64,000 bases of DNA from Octopus vulgaris (GCA_951406725.2 OX597820.1:77066001-77130000); one strand, 5' to 3'. Counted from the first letter of the stretch, positions 13,856-28,339 are shown. Notes: generated from the sequence alone by a model not told the origin. Numbers and translations: made by a program.

Positions 13856-15339
13856 TTAGCTATCTTAATACCATGCATAGTAAAATGCTCTAAATGTGGC
13901 TTGCATTTTCATAGATATTTATTAGATCGATTTAATACATCATACTATATTAGAAGTGCAATCTTTTGCTTAATTTCTTTTTTAAATGCAGTCTGTTGTT
14001 GCGTTACTGCCACTCCCGTCTGAGATTCTACATCTGCAACAAACGATGCACCAACATCAGTAGCTGACACGATCTTTTCGAGCGCAGCTCCATAGCTTTT
14101 CTAGCCCGAAGGGTGCCTAATTTGTGTTCGTTTGTAATAAGTGAAGATTCCATTGTGTAATTCACCTAATTATTACAGACTGTATTAGTTCTATTTCTCT
14201 CATTATATATATCTAATTTCTGAATCACAGGTATAGCTAAAGAAGTTACTGGAAAATGAGTTCTGAATGATCTGGAAAATGAGTTCTGAGTAGTACTTGC
14301 AACCTGTCATACTGCTTGATTAAATTATTTGCATTTTCCAAATTTGATAATAAATTTTGTCAGCTTATTCTAACTTGGAAGATTCATTCGGAAATGACAT
14401 GTTGTCATACTGAAAATTCCTTTAAAATGACAACTTCAAATTTAACATCTAAAATCCATAATCTCTTAATGCAAATGTCTTTGAGATATATACTTAGTGA
14501 CAGAGACCTTTAAGCGCTATCACACGGTTATTAAATTTGTGTGATGACGTCAAAACATATGACGAGAAACGGTAAATAAAGTTGGCAAATACTGAAAATT
14601 ACAAAAAGAAAACTTATGGAATAATGTGACGATAGATTGTAGAGTATGAAAAATCCGCATTTTGGCTGACAGACGTGATGAGGCGCTAAATGAGACGTAT
14701 TTTGGCCTTCTTTGCAACCAAACATTAGTAGGAAGGAAAATATTTATATGTACCCCCACCACACACAAACAAATACATATATACATTCATAAATATATAT
14801 ACAGATATATAGAGAGATAGATATATAGATATATAGATACATAAATACATACATACGTACATACATATATGCATGCATAATTATTTGTATATTATATAAA
14901 CAGATACATTAGTACACGTATACATGTATGTGTATATATAATGTATAGTTCTGTGATGGTAAGATGAACAAATCAAAAGTGCTGCTACTAGTGAGATATA
15001 AATATTATTCAACAAATACAATATCTGTATTTTATGCGCCACTACTAATTTTATGTGATGAGGCCATGTTTGACAGTATTTTTTAACACGTTCGGTTTCT
15101 CAGCACGATCTTCTGGCACTACACACGTAGCATTATAAAACAAAATATGACGATGGAATGAGAGAATAAGCGAGAAAATGCGAGAAAGAAGTGTATATAA
15201 TGTTGGTGGTTGAAATATCGGAAAACAAGGAAGATCTAAAGTATTGGATGGAGGTAAATTAGAGTTCTTTCCCCATTGACATTAAAATGTAAAGCTGAAA
15301 ATATACAGGCATCAAGTTTGTTGTACAGCTGTTCAGCGT

Positions 15340-15900
15340 GGAGGGAAGAGCGCTTTCCAGTTCATCAACACTTACTTAGCTACACGCTTACATCCACTGA
15401 AAGTTTCGGATCTAGCCTTTAGTAGTGTGTTCCAAATCTAGAAAGGAGCTGAGTTCTTTCAGCTATGCATAACGTACATTTTCTTTGAATATATGGTGTG
15501 GATTTTCGACTATTTCTACTTTATCGTATGTGGTGTGGCGTTCGACATCAGACCCCATACGTGCCTAGCCAACATTATAGCTTTACTTTTGTTCCTCTTC
15601 GGAAGGAAGATATATGATTAGCGTAATGATTTTTTAATTCGCTTTTACTTAATCCAATAGAAATCTTCTAATCACTTGTGTTATCATCTAGCATTTCTGT
15701 TACCGCCACTTCACATTTGACGGATTTAATCATAAGCTCTGGTCGAGTGGACATGTTCTTGTGCTTCAGCATGGAATGGACCTTTGTTGTTCTCATGTAA
15801 TGTTGATTTTAATGTTGGGGCAACAGGTATATACTTTCACTGTACCAGGGATTTTCTGAAACATGCTTGTCAAGTAGAGACAGGAATTAGTTTTCACATT
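15340..15900 (-). pseudogene. Degraded Penelope-like GIY-YIG endonuclease region
   Basis: Frameshifted pieces KVYTCCPNIK..RTCPLDQ..SIGLSKSELKNHYANHISSFR..LARHVWGL..KCTLCIAER..RSETFSGCKR parallel PLE motifs YIG.T...FK.RY.NH..SF, LS..VW.LK and C.LC..EK. Confidence 0.65.
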
Positions 15901-16869
15901 TAGGGAAACTGTGTGGCGCACCCAAATATTACCCTATTTTTAGGTCTATTTTTATCATTCTTATTGATATTACAGGAGTTATATAGTCGTTTTTCCTTAA
16001 AGCCACTATTGCTGAGGGCATTGTTGTAGTAAGGGACTACCTTCTCGAAAATTATTTTAGAAGAAGAGAGTTTGTTTTGCCATGTGATTAGTGCCTGAAG
16101 ATTGTTGTGGGAGACAAGACCAGTTAAAAAATCCTGTCTGGCATGTTCTCATCTCGTGAAACTAACAGTAGCCATAGAAACATATATTGTGTATGCATGT
16201 GTGTGTGTGTGCGTGTGTGTGTTTAGACAAAATTTCTTTGTACCATTTCACAATATTTAAGGAAAATTTCTTATATCAACAATCATTTATAGCATAATCC
16301 GGTATAATAACATAATCCGACTTCAGTGATTCCAGTTACACTCCAACGCACAGTAAATATTTAACACATGCAATGGAGTTCCTTTGTAGAATGAAGCTTA
16401 CAAAAAACGCAGATATAGACGAAATAGTTATGGAATCAATTACTAAATGAAAAACTATAAACATAATGGAAGGAAAAAAACATTTAGGAAAGAAAATATG
16501 GTAGATGCACAAGAAATATTGAAAACTACGAGAAGTTAATTTTTCAAGCAAATCATTTCTGAAGGACATCACATTCCAACCTAATGAAGAATGTAATCAT
16601 CTTATTACGACTTGGAGAAACTAAACGGAACACAATTTAGAAGAATGTAACGCTACGATGCAAAATGAAAGTAGAAAAAGCAACGAATGGAAAAACATAA
16701 GAAAAAAAATTAGATCTATAGTAAAAAAACGCAGAGAAACAAGAGATGAAATGAAATATAATACTAGAATCGTCTCATCCGTTCATCCATGATTAAAAGA
16801 TTATGAAGTTAATTACGAAGAGAACGTGTGAAAATTGAAAACCTAAAACATAGATTTTTTAAATTTACG

Positions 16870-17243
16870 TATGTTAAGCATACGTTTCTTAAACATATGT
16901 ATCCTAAATATACGTATGTTAAACATGCGTATCTTAAGCATAGGTATCTTAAACATAAGTATCGTAAACATACGTATCTTAAACATACGTATCTTAAACA
17001 TACGTACCTTATATATACGTATCATAAACATACGTATCTTAGACATACGTACCTTAAATATACGTATCATAAACATACGTATCTTGGACATACGTACCTT
17101 AAATATACGTATCTTGAACATAAGGATCTTAAACATACGTACCTTAAACATACGTATCTTAGACATACGTACCTTAAATATACGTACCTTAAACATACGT
17201 ATCTTAAACATACGTAACTTAAACATAAGTATCTTAAACATAC
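16870..17243 (+). repeat. 15-bp minisatellite, consensus AAACATACGTATCTT, ~25 copies
   Basis: Direct inspection; it generates the KHTYL/NIRIL/MFKIR repeat ORFs. Confidence 0.95.
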
Positions 17244-18921
17244 ACAGCTTATGGACAACGGAAAGACGCATAATTTCTTCCAGACTAATATACTAGTCAG
17301 ATTAAGTATTAGGTAAAGGAGACCGACCCTAACCCTTTATGTGTAGAAGTAGTACATGATGGAAAAATAATAAATAATAAATAATGCATAATATGAATAC
17401 AATATTTCATCGAAAACGAAACAAACTCAACTTCATTCATAAAACACTTCCAAAGAATTAATGGAAGAACAAATACACCGTAGAACTAAAGAAAACTGAA
17501 TAAAGCAAGCTAGCATCGCAAAGAAAATGGTATAATTATTATACTGGCCGTATCAATAACCTGTAAGATTCATTCCGAAAAAAAAACCCCATTAGAAAGA
17601 TAATGTAGAAATGAATGGTAAGACAAAACTCCTTTTACAGGGAGCAGGATCTCCACTCAAATCAGAATGAAGAAACATTAACGCCACAAAGATAGATGGA
17701 ACGATTCCAAAGTAGTCTACCTCAACGAGACTTCATGGAATATAAAATTAAACCATGACTTTGCTGATGTATATATACACTCACACACAAACACACTGCT
17801 CTGTGCGTGCGGGTATGTGTGTGTGCAACGTAGGTATACAATCTTTCCTATTTTGACAATACATATACAGACAATAATACACATGCTGACGTACATATAC
17901 ACTAGAACAATCATCCGCACACGCAGACTCTCACTCTCTCTCATTCACACACACACTCACACACGAACATACATACACGGACAGTCTAAATCATCGGGTT
18001 TTATGTCCTATTTAATTCTCTACAGAGATGTGTCATTTTAGTCGCTTCTTCTGCCATTTTCTCCTGCTTTTTTTTAATTCAACTGCAAGTATGAATCCAT
18101 TTTCAAATGTTTGTCTCCGCGTCAGATGATTTTTCAGCTATTTATCTAGCAGACTTTAGCTTCCGGGTGGCAGTTTTAAAGATCTCTGTGAGGTGGAGAA
18201 CCGCAATACAGTCATCTGCTACTAACTTGTGTCAACAGTTTTAGCGATAGCATGTTTTGAAAATTTGTCATCGAAAATTAAGAACCTATTTTATGTAATA
18301 CTACCGTCTATATAATTATGTGACTAAAGAATCTAATATAATTTCTTATCGCTATTATTATTCTTTCATCATTTAATTAAATCGTGGACGACGGAAACAA
18401 TAACTTGAATGAGATTACTACCAGCTTTTATCTGCAGCCGTATATTCTGTCTTACAGAAATACCGTTTATGAAATGTTCTATAAATTTCAAAGAAACTGT
18501 TTCCCCTGCAGAAACTGTTTTCTTTTGCCGATATTGCAAAGTAAATACGAAAAGAGGTAAGTTTTATTTTATAAACAATGTCTTCTTCTATTGAAATACA
18601 GTCATATCATATATTATCGTTCAGGAGAGTTTTAATTAAAGCACAATAATTATGCGGCCATTAAAGAATAATTTCCATTTTCAATTTGCGTTTCTTACTT
18701 CCTTTTCATATCAACATTACTCAAATAATTTATTAGCTAATTAGTTATGAAGACGAAGTAGAAACGAAATGAGTTGGATTTCTGAATTACTGAAAATTAA
18801 TGATTTATCACATATGACCTGGAGGTAAATAACCATACAGTTCCGTAACGTATATAATATCAATATTATTCAACTGTCAGCAAAATGAGCTGGTAGAAAC
18901 GTTAGCACGCCTGGTAAAATA

Positions 18922-20032
18922 TTATGTTGTCAGGTATGAAATTTCTAATAAGATATATGGTAAACATTGACAGCTGCACATTTTGCACCATTATTATATT
19001 TTGACTATTATTATTATTATTTTTTTCTTAGAAAACTGACACATCTATTTCTTTATTCTAACTCATTTTCTGCTTTATAAAGTATTTATAAATCGTTTTT
19101 TGTTATTTTGGTTTGGAGATGGATAAGTCAGAAATTCGCACAGTTTTGAAATATGAGTCCTTTCTTGGAAATACAACATCAAAGATAGCTCGAAATATTA
19201 ATGGGATATTTCATTCTAATGTTATTACACAACAGACAGTAAGAAAATGGCTCGCAAAATATTTTTGCGGTAACTTTGACCTCACAAATGAGCAACGCGG
19301 TCGACCAGAAACAAAGCCACCTTCGAGTCAGATCCATCTCAAAATGCCCGTGAATTATCGTTGTTGTTTGGTGTTATCAAGCAAACAATATAGACTCACC
19401 TAGTTCAAATCGGTAAAGTGAAAAAGTTGGATAAATTGGTTCCACATGAACTCAATGAAAATCAGAAACAGCAACGTTTGGAAGCCTGCATTATGCTACT
19501 TTCTCGTCACAAAAATGAATCATTTTTGAATCGAATTGTAACATGCGGTGAGAAATGGATCCGTAAACATTCAGCACAATGGTTGGACAAAAACAAGCCA
19601 CCAAAACAGTCCAAAATGCAAAATTCATCAAAAATAGCTCATGGTGTGCGTTTGGTGATCTGGTGCAGGTGTGATCCATTATGATTTCATTAAACCTGGC
19701 TCATCAATCACAGCCAAGTACACTGCAGCCAACTGGACCAAACGATACAGAAACTTACGAAAAAAAACTCACTTGATCTTGACCCCACTGACAACTACTT
19801 CTTCCAGAATTTGGATAACTTTTTGCTGATGCTGTAAAACAGGCCTTCCAAGATTTTATTGAATCTAGATTGCCAGGTTTTTACAGTTCCGGGTTGGGCA
19901 GGCTACCGCTGAAATGGCAAAAATGCATTGATAATATGGGTGTATACTTTGATGAATAAAACTATTCTTTGTATTTATTAACATTAGCAAACTTTTTCTT
20001 CTTTTCTACAAATTTCGTACTTGACAACTTAA
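18922..20032 (+). mobile_element. Mariner element with both TIRs and TA target duplication; disrupted transposase; nested in a SINE A copy (18885-18921 plus 20033-20200)
   Basis: TIRs ttatgttgtcaggtatgaaattt / aaatttcgtacttgacaacttaa; peptides MDKSEIRTVLKYE, RGRPET, LVPHEL, IVTCGEKWI, DLDPTDNYFF, LPLKWQKCIDNMGVYFDE. Confidence 0.93.
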
Positions 20033-22072
20033 TACTTAACGGCGTTTCGTCCTTCTCTACGTTCTAAGTTCAAATTCTGCCAGGTTCGAATTTGCCTTTC
20101 ATGCTTTCGGCATGGATAACATAAGTACCAAACGGGAACTCGGTTGATGCAATCGATTTACTCGCTCCCTGAAAATTACTGGTTTTGTGTGAAAATGAGA
20201 AAATAATGTTATTTAGATGTAACGTTCAGTTGACAAACTTGATTATCGGCATATTGTCCGTCTTTACGTTCCAGGTCCAAATTCTGTTTAGGTCGATTTT
20301 GCCTTTTGGTGTTGATAACATAAGTATCGTTTAAAGACTGGGCTCAATATAATCGAGTGAGCCCTACCCCACATCTGCTGACCCTGTGCCAAAATTTGAA
20401 TTCAATATTATTTAACTGTCACCTGTTCACCTTATATCAGAAAACGTCTATATTTGTGAAATGTAAGTAAAGCCTTAAATATTTGATGCATTAGGACAAA
20501 TTTCAAATTGGGAATAATGAAGACAGACATAGCAGCAACAGTTTCAGAGAGTGTAAACAGAATAATTGTAAAAAGTATTTTTGGCAAAATATGTTTGCAC
20601 TTATTGAAATAACGAAGAGATAATAAAGATGAATATAGGGTGGAAATGGAGGAATTACATTTTAAATCGTAATACGGTTCATTAAACACGGCGTATAAAA
20701 AAATCAGCGTATATTATAAACAAAAACATCAACATCAAATCGAAAACCAAAAAAATTGCAAACTAAAGAATTTGTCTGCAACGAGTTTTGTAGATATGTT
20801 TACGTCGTCTCAAAAGTTGTAAAGGTAATTTCTTATGTTACTCCAGCAAACACATGGATACTCAATTCGTTGTCTGTCGACCAAGCTATTACGTTACGGG
20901 GACATGGCAGCACATAACATTACAGAAAGAGAAATGCAACTTAAGAGTACAACTTAAGTTAATACAACTAACATCCCTTAAATAGATTCTGACGAATCTA
21001 GATTACCGGGAGATTAAATAAACTAAGAAAAATAACTGGCAGCGCACTTAAAACGACAAAGTGGACCACTTTGTATACTTTTGTATCTTTTTTATCTTTA
21101 TCTCATTTTATCTTTATTTTTGTTTTTTTTTATTTTTTACTCTTTATTTTTTGTACATTTTACACTTTCACAATACATTTCTAGAATTTATGACCCTATA
21201 CCTAACGTTCTTTATATCTTTATATATTTATATTTTTACATCTTTACCTTTTAAAATATTTTATTATCTTTTATAATTATATTTCTATTTATATATTTTT
21301 TTGTGATCCCAAGTTCATTAACGCTTCCTCTCCTTCACCTCTTTTCTCCTTTTTTCTCTACATCCAATCCTCCTTTTTTCCTTCCCTTACAAGAAGAATG
21401 AACCCAACCGTAATCTACCCAGTATTCACTCTATATTGAGTGAGAAAACGGTATGGACGATTTTTTGGAGTCTAATAATACCCTGTACGCCTATTTGATT
21501 ATGAAGATTCACAAACATACTTTCCCAGTGGTACTCGGTTTACCAACCATTATAAATAATACCAAATGTTCTTTCTCAAACCTTTCATAATGTGATACAA
21601 ATCTTTGGTGTAGCAATTGCATGTGGCTGAAGAGGGCTTTTGAAATATCTGTTATGTCGAATATGCATTGATGTAAGAATAAGTTGTTCTATAAAGCTCG
21701 AAACATGTGTACCGCCACATCCTCTGTGTCCTGTTTTTAATTTTATTCCATTTGATATATATATATATATATATATATATACATTCGCACGCATGGTCAT
21801 ATATATTTCCTGCGATCTAATTGGCTTTAAGTGACGGATAATGGATATAATCACCTTGTATATAAGCTCACCTGAAGCTTGTACAACTAAAGAGGGTAGT
21901 TTTGGGACACACAATGTCACACGGATTCTGCCTGAAAAATACATTAAAGGAATGCGTATCTATAGGATACGCAGCCTAGTCGCGGTCAGTTGTTGATGCA
22001 GCAGAATGCAATGCCTTCCTAGAAAGGGTGAATCAGCATCCCGAACGGCATACACAGACACACATAGAATTA

Positions 22073-22121
<49 letters not shown>

Positions 22122-22123
22122 TA

Positions 22124-22168
<45 letters not shown>

Positions 22169-22173
22169 GAATA

Positions 22174-22214
<41 letters not shown>

Positions 22215-22215
22215 T

Positions 22216-22273
<58 letters not shown>

Positions 22274-23004
22274 TCTAATATCTTATTCTTATTTTTCTCA
22301 TTGAAAAAATGTTCATTAATTTTAAATATATTGTTGATTATACCAAACTATTAAACAAGTTTCGGAGCTCAGTAAAAATCATATAAGTATGCTGTTGTAG
22401 TTATGTATTTTTATGTAACTTAAATAAACGTTATTTAAGCTGAATATTCTCCATAAAGTGGGGGCCTTTTAAAAAGCAAACGGAAATGTATTTTAATAAA
22501 GATAATAAATTGTGTGAAGGAGAAAGAATGAAAGAGAATGAAAGAGGGAGGTAGAGGAGCGGGGTGTCGAAGGGTAGGTGCATGTTTCTTAGATCGATGA
22601 AATTTGTCAAAGAATCTGACATTATGCCCTGAGGTAAATACTGAGCAATACCGTATTAACTGGTGAAAAATAGGAAATCAAATCTTATATTTGCATGTAG
22701 CTAATTTGCCTTCAGACATTTTCATTGAAAAAATAATAGAAAATAAATCTAAGCTGTACATATTGCCGATATTAGTGGTTACATGAAGGAAATAATGTTG
22801 GTATATTATGCAATTGATTATTATTATGAAGTAGAAATTTCTTGCTGTAAAATCTTAGCATTGAAATTAACAGCATTTCTTTAACATTAACATTCTAACA
22901 ACATTCTTTAAAATATAGATTCAATTGTTCAAAAGTTCAGAAAATATCTCGGATAATCTTGATACTTTTTTCGTTTTTTTTTTTTCATTTAACATTAGCA
23001 ACTT

Positions 23005-23210
23005 GCGGTGAGTTAAGAGAATCGTTAGTACGCTAAACAAAGTGTATTTCGTCTGTCTTTACATTTCGACTTCGAATTACGCCGAGGTCGACTTTGCCTT
23101 TCATCCGTTCGGAGTCGATAAAATAAGTTCTATTTGAATACTGGAGTTGATCTAATCGACTTACCTTCTTTCTTGCAGTTGACGATTTTATGCCAAAGTT
23201 TGAAATCAAC
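23005..23210 (+). mobile_element. SINE family A, diverged
   Basis: gccgaggtcgactttgcctttcatccgttcggagtcgataaaataagt. Confidence 0.75.
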
Positions 23211-23534
23211 TTACTAAATAGTAGATTCTGATTAAAAACGAAAAATATTTGTAAGGATCACGATTTTAATTTTTGGAAGTTCGCAATGTTTAAAGCAAAA
23301 ACTTTAGTAGATAGCAATATATTTCGTCAATATTATAACTATTGCAATTTATACTATGCATGTACTGCAAAATATCATATAGTATATCTATCAAAATAGT
23401 GAATACGTAAATTGAACCTTCACAAAATGGTTTTGGAAGAAACACCATATAATCTGCAACATATAAGAAAATTATAAGCTTTAAAAGAAAGTATATTTTA
23501 CGTTTTTGGTACTTTCTGTTCTACTACTCTATAG

Positions 23535-23721
23535 GAAGGAAGAGAGAGAGTAAGTTGTGACGAACGAGTACAACAGGGGTCGCCACCACCCCTGCCGGAG
23601 CCTCGTGGAACTTTCAGGTGTTTTCGCTCAACAAACACACACAACGTCCGGTCTGGGAATCGAAACCGCGATCCTCCGACCGCTAGTCCGTGGCCTAACC
23701 ACTGAGCCATTGCGTTTCCAC
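23535..23721 (-). mobile_element. tRNA-derived SINE with 12-bp target-site duplication
   Basis: Minus strand tggctcagtggttagg (A box)...ggtttcgattccc (B box); actactctatag is repeated at 23523-23534 and 23722-23733. Confidence 0.88.
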
Positions 23722-25747
23722 ACTACTCTATAGTAATTGATACAAAACTAATTCCGATATTTCCAAGAATCAAGCGTGATGATGAATAAATTATACTGGA
23801 TTACAATAATAAAGTAACATAGTAAGAATTTTAATCAACCACAAGCTCTCCAGCACCCCGCATAAAATCGAGAAAAAAATCCTATGCTTAGATTCCGAAC
23901 AATTTTGTGCGAGTACTTGACAGTCTTATAAGATTACAGGTTCTGATAATGGTTTCAAATGTTGGCACAAGGCGAGCAATATCGTGGGAGAGGTTTAGTC
24001 GATTACATCGATCACCACAGTTCAACGGGTATTTATTTTATCGATCTCGTAATGATAAATGCAAAGTCGACGTTGTTGGCATTTAAAATTGGAACTTTAA
24101 AGTTGGAAGAAATTCTGCCGAACAATTTTTTCCGGCGCGGTAACGATTACGCCAGCTTGCGACCTTATAATTACGGGTTCGAATAATTGACACTTTATAT
24201 AGCGTGAGTTTTGGCTGCGAATTCTAACAGCTCGACCCCACTCATAGAGGTACCCTTCTGGCTCATATACACTCCTGGTGAAATATATGGCTGTGAATTA
24301 TATGAAGCTATATCATTTTAGTCTCTGGATACAATCGACGGTGAAGGCAAGAGTCTATAACAATATACAAAACAATGAAACAATTATTTTTAAAAAAATT
24401 AGACTTCAGTCAGTTACTGACATGATCTCCAACAAATAATGTATTTCTTTTGTTTCGATTATTGCCCCAGGCCTTGAATTTTAAATACCTTGGCAACTGA
24501 AATTTGAAACCTGAAAGTCAAAGGCAATTGGTAGTTGTATATGTACTTGTTTCTGAACTGCTCACAAGGGGACCCCAAGCAGTTAAGAAATAAGTACATT
24601 AGAGGACCCGAAGCAGTATAATATGCCGTACATTGTTAAGCAAATAGTGAATCATTTCCTATTGTACCTATCAACTACAACTAAGTGTCTTGCTCATTTA
24701 TGACATACGTATCATCTTTCGATTAGGGACATCTTAATTTAGTCTTCACTATCGAAGAAATATCTTCGTTAACAATTTTCACGAAAATCAATTATTTATC
24801 TTAAGTTATCTTGACATCTATAAACTAGTAATGAAGTCTAATTAAAATTATTTGTAAAAGGATATATTTCTGTTTATAGGCTGAACGCAAGGAATTATAT
24901 GATTACAATCATATACAGGTAAGTAACAATCAAAGGTGTTTCATTAAAATGCTAACACCTTTACCTCAAACCGAGATCGACTGTGACACTTCATCTCACT
25001 TAACCTAATGCACTTATCAATTTATTATGATATCGTATTATCTTATGCTGTTACACAAAATTTTCTAAAAGACTTTGCCGTATAAATTAACGCAAAGCAA
25101 TCGGTTACAGCTCATGATGTGTACAAAAACAAAGATAATCTGAATGTTAACCTATCTAATCATGCGCAGTACATTCTGACAGATTCGAACCTGAAGATCC
25201 GAGCGCTGTTGGCTTTTGCCATCGAAAAAATATCTTCTAATCATACGTGATGTATGAGCAAAACGTTCGCGATTTCGATGAAAGGGAACTTCGAAACGCT
25301 ACACTGTTTTGACCTTATTGCTTTCTTCTCAGGCAAAGCCCGCCTCATCGACGGTATCAAACGTGATTACAGGCTCTCGATACATAAATCAGCAAGCTGT
25401 TTGCTACTTTGTGCTGAGGTCTACTGAATAGAATATCTCGTGAAGTGCGCGTAGAATTGCGGAAATTGAAACAATAAGATTTTATCAATTTTCAATACAC
25501 TGTGACTGATTTTAACGCTAGCTAGATTTGACAGAGAAGACATGCAATAAAACCAGAACACCGAAGACAACAGCGTTATTCTATTCACGTTCGAATATGT
25601 CAGAACCAGTTGAGGATGAATTTATGGTTTTACTAATAGAATATAGCGGGTTCATTGTCACATTTCATCAAGAGATATTCTTATTTGTCCTTTCCAACGA
25701 GACTAACAAGAAAAACATAATAGATGTCATTGATAAGTTTAGAACAT

Positions 25748-25964
25748 TACTCTTTTACTTGTTTCAGTCATTTGACTGTGACCGTGCTGGAGAACCGCCT
25801 TTAGTCGAGCAAATCGACCGCAGAACTTCTTCTTTGTAAGCATGGTACTTATTCTATCGGTCTTTTTGCCGAATCGCTAAGTTACGGGGACGTAAACACA
25901 GCAGCATCGGTTCTCAAGCGATGTTGGGGAGACAAATACAGACACACAGACATATACACACAGG

Positions 25965-26018
<54 letters not shown>

Positions 26019-26376
26019 ATAGAGGACATTGTTACACATAAATGCCTCACGCTAAGAGGGACATAAGTTATTACTACCAAAATTTAACTAATCGTACCCA
26101 AATGCAGTTTTCGAAGCAAGACATTTTAAAAATGAATTTAAATGTCTTGCTTCGAAAACTGCATTTGGGTACGATTAGTTACATTTTGGTAGTAATGACT
26201 TATGTCCCTCTTAGCGTGAGGCATTTATGTGTAATAATGCCCTCTATACAATATAAATTAATATTATCAAAAGAAAAAAAAATTATTTTCGAAATTTTTT
26301 CTCTTAAGAGGTTTTTCACGCTAACTACCTGATAATTTTTTGTTAAGATTCCTTATTAAGAAGTTATCCTTAATTG

Positions 26377-26411
<35 letters not shown>

Positions 26412-26570
26412 CGACGGGCTTCTTTCAGCTTCCGTCTCTCAAATCAACTCACAAAGCTTTCGTCGGCCCGAGACTATAGTAAAAAACACTTGCCCAAGGT
26501 TCCACGCAATGGAACTGAACCCGGAACCATGAGGTTGGTAACCAAGCTACCTACTACACATCCACTCCTA
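25748..26570 (-). mobile_element. SINE family B, split within its internal (TA)n by the 26011-26378 element
   Basis: Head 26412-26570 and tail 25748-25965 match the intact copy at 50279-50690. Confidence 0.85.
26011..26378 (+). mobile_element. Copy of the 37.5-38.4 kb element family with a ~115-bp-arm fold-back palindrome (26011-26255)
   Basis: 26137-26378 aligns to ~37864-38102; 26011-26126 is the reverse complement of 26140-26255. Confidence 0.88.
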
Positions 26571-28339
26571 ATTCTTGAGTATGTGTCATTGAACAAATAT
26601 ATTGTAATATATAGATGTATTTAGACGGTGATCAAGCAGAATCGTATGTACGACTGACATAATACTTTTCGTCCAAGATTCAAATGCAGCCGAGCCCGAC
26701 TTACCCTTTATGCTTTCAGACTCGATAAAGTACCAGTTAAGCGTTGGGGTTGACGTAATTAACTTCTCCCCTCCTGCGAAACGCCGGTTCTTGTCGCAAA
26801 AACTTAGATGTTTTAAGGTGGTGAGATATCAGAATCGTTAGCAGGATAGTCTTGATATTTTGGGTTCAAATCGAGGTCTGCTTTACCTTTCATCTTTTAA
26901 GGTATATGAAATAAATACCAGCTGAGCATTGGGATAGTGTATACGACATATCCTCACCCACGAATTTTCTGGCGTTCAGCCAAAATTTGACTCCACTCTT
27001 GAGATATATTATCTTGAGAAGTATTGAGTATAACCACTACAAGGAACCATCTTCGTGATTGATTTATTTGGAGTTGATAAATGAAGTAACAATTACATAA
27101 TAGAATTCTGTCATTTGAGTAAACTCTCCCTCTCCGTTAAAACTGGCGTGATTTTTTTTGATTTTTATAAGGGAATATCAGCTCTTATTTAAGAAAATAT
27201 ATCATGGTACTCGCTATTTAATAGTAATAAGAATTTGTGAAGGTTCATGTACTTCTGATGTATATTCAATGTGAAACAAATTTTATTTGGGACGTGTTTC
27301 GTGGTGTATTTGCGAGGCTGGTATTTTGTCACTCTTTCCCACAGTTGTACATCATTTAATTTGGCAAGTAATTTATTTCACTAGGCGTATCACCCATTCA
27401 GGGGGATCTCAAATGAGATTTTGTACTTTCATGTTGCAGTGCTTAAAATAGAAATTTAATCAGGTTTTAAGTCGATAAAATGAAACTACACCGTTGCCGA
27501 CAGAAACAACTTTTTGCGTTTCACAGTCTTTTGAATGGATGAATGTATTAAAATAAAACAATTCCAATGGTATATCAATGACTTCTACGGATTTGATATC
27601 TGCATCTTTAGAAGACATTAATTTTCGATAGGAAGTATTTGAAAATCACTGTATTACGAACATACTTCACAAAGGTAGTCGCAAGTATTTGTTTTGCCAA
27701 ACAGTGGAGGTTGCTTGATTGATACTCCAATCTCCACAGGCGCCTTATAGAGATGTTGTAATTCTTAAAGTAGCATCGATCAACACGTTGTAGGGTGTGA
27801 CCTGTGTCAACATATCTACGTGGTTTAACTGATTTACCCCAAAACTCATTAATATCATATATTATATAGAATTCATGCAAGGCAGGTAACTGAGAGGCAG
27901 AAATATTTTAGATATTAGACTGTTTGAAAAGTAGCTCCATCCTAATTTGTGCATAATCTTTTAACCTTTAAGGAGCTTCTTACATTATGTCTGCATTAAG
28001 ACATCCTTCAAAGCATTATGATAGCGCTTATTTACCGGATACATCGAAATGAAATTAAATGGCCTTGTCGAAATCCCAATATGTTGCCAGCAACATTGAT
28101 ATATGGAACTGGACGTGAAAGCTGAAACACACAATGTTGAGTCGAATAATGGCTTTTCTCTTTTCATTGAATAATTTGCAAGTGTTTTTCAACGACTTCT
28201 ATGCAAGTGGCTATAAACAAGCATTAAAATATGCTTTTTCACGTAATTTTGGCTAAAATATCTTCCTTTTTAGTTGTTAAATTTTAAAGCAATTTTTTTT
28301 TGTGAGTTTCTGTTTTTCCTTTCGAATATTCTATTTTTG

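Noticed and set aside
16828-17296. KHTYL-, NIRIL- and MFKIR-repeat proteins, or a CRISPR-like array
   Set aside because: Contiguous 15-bp minisatellite with no unique spacers; ORFs in several frames are a by-product
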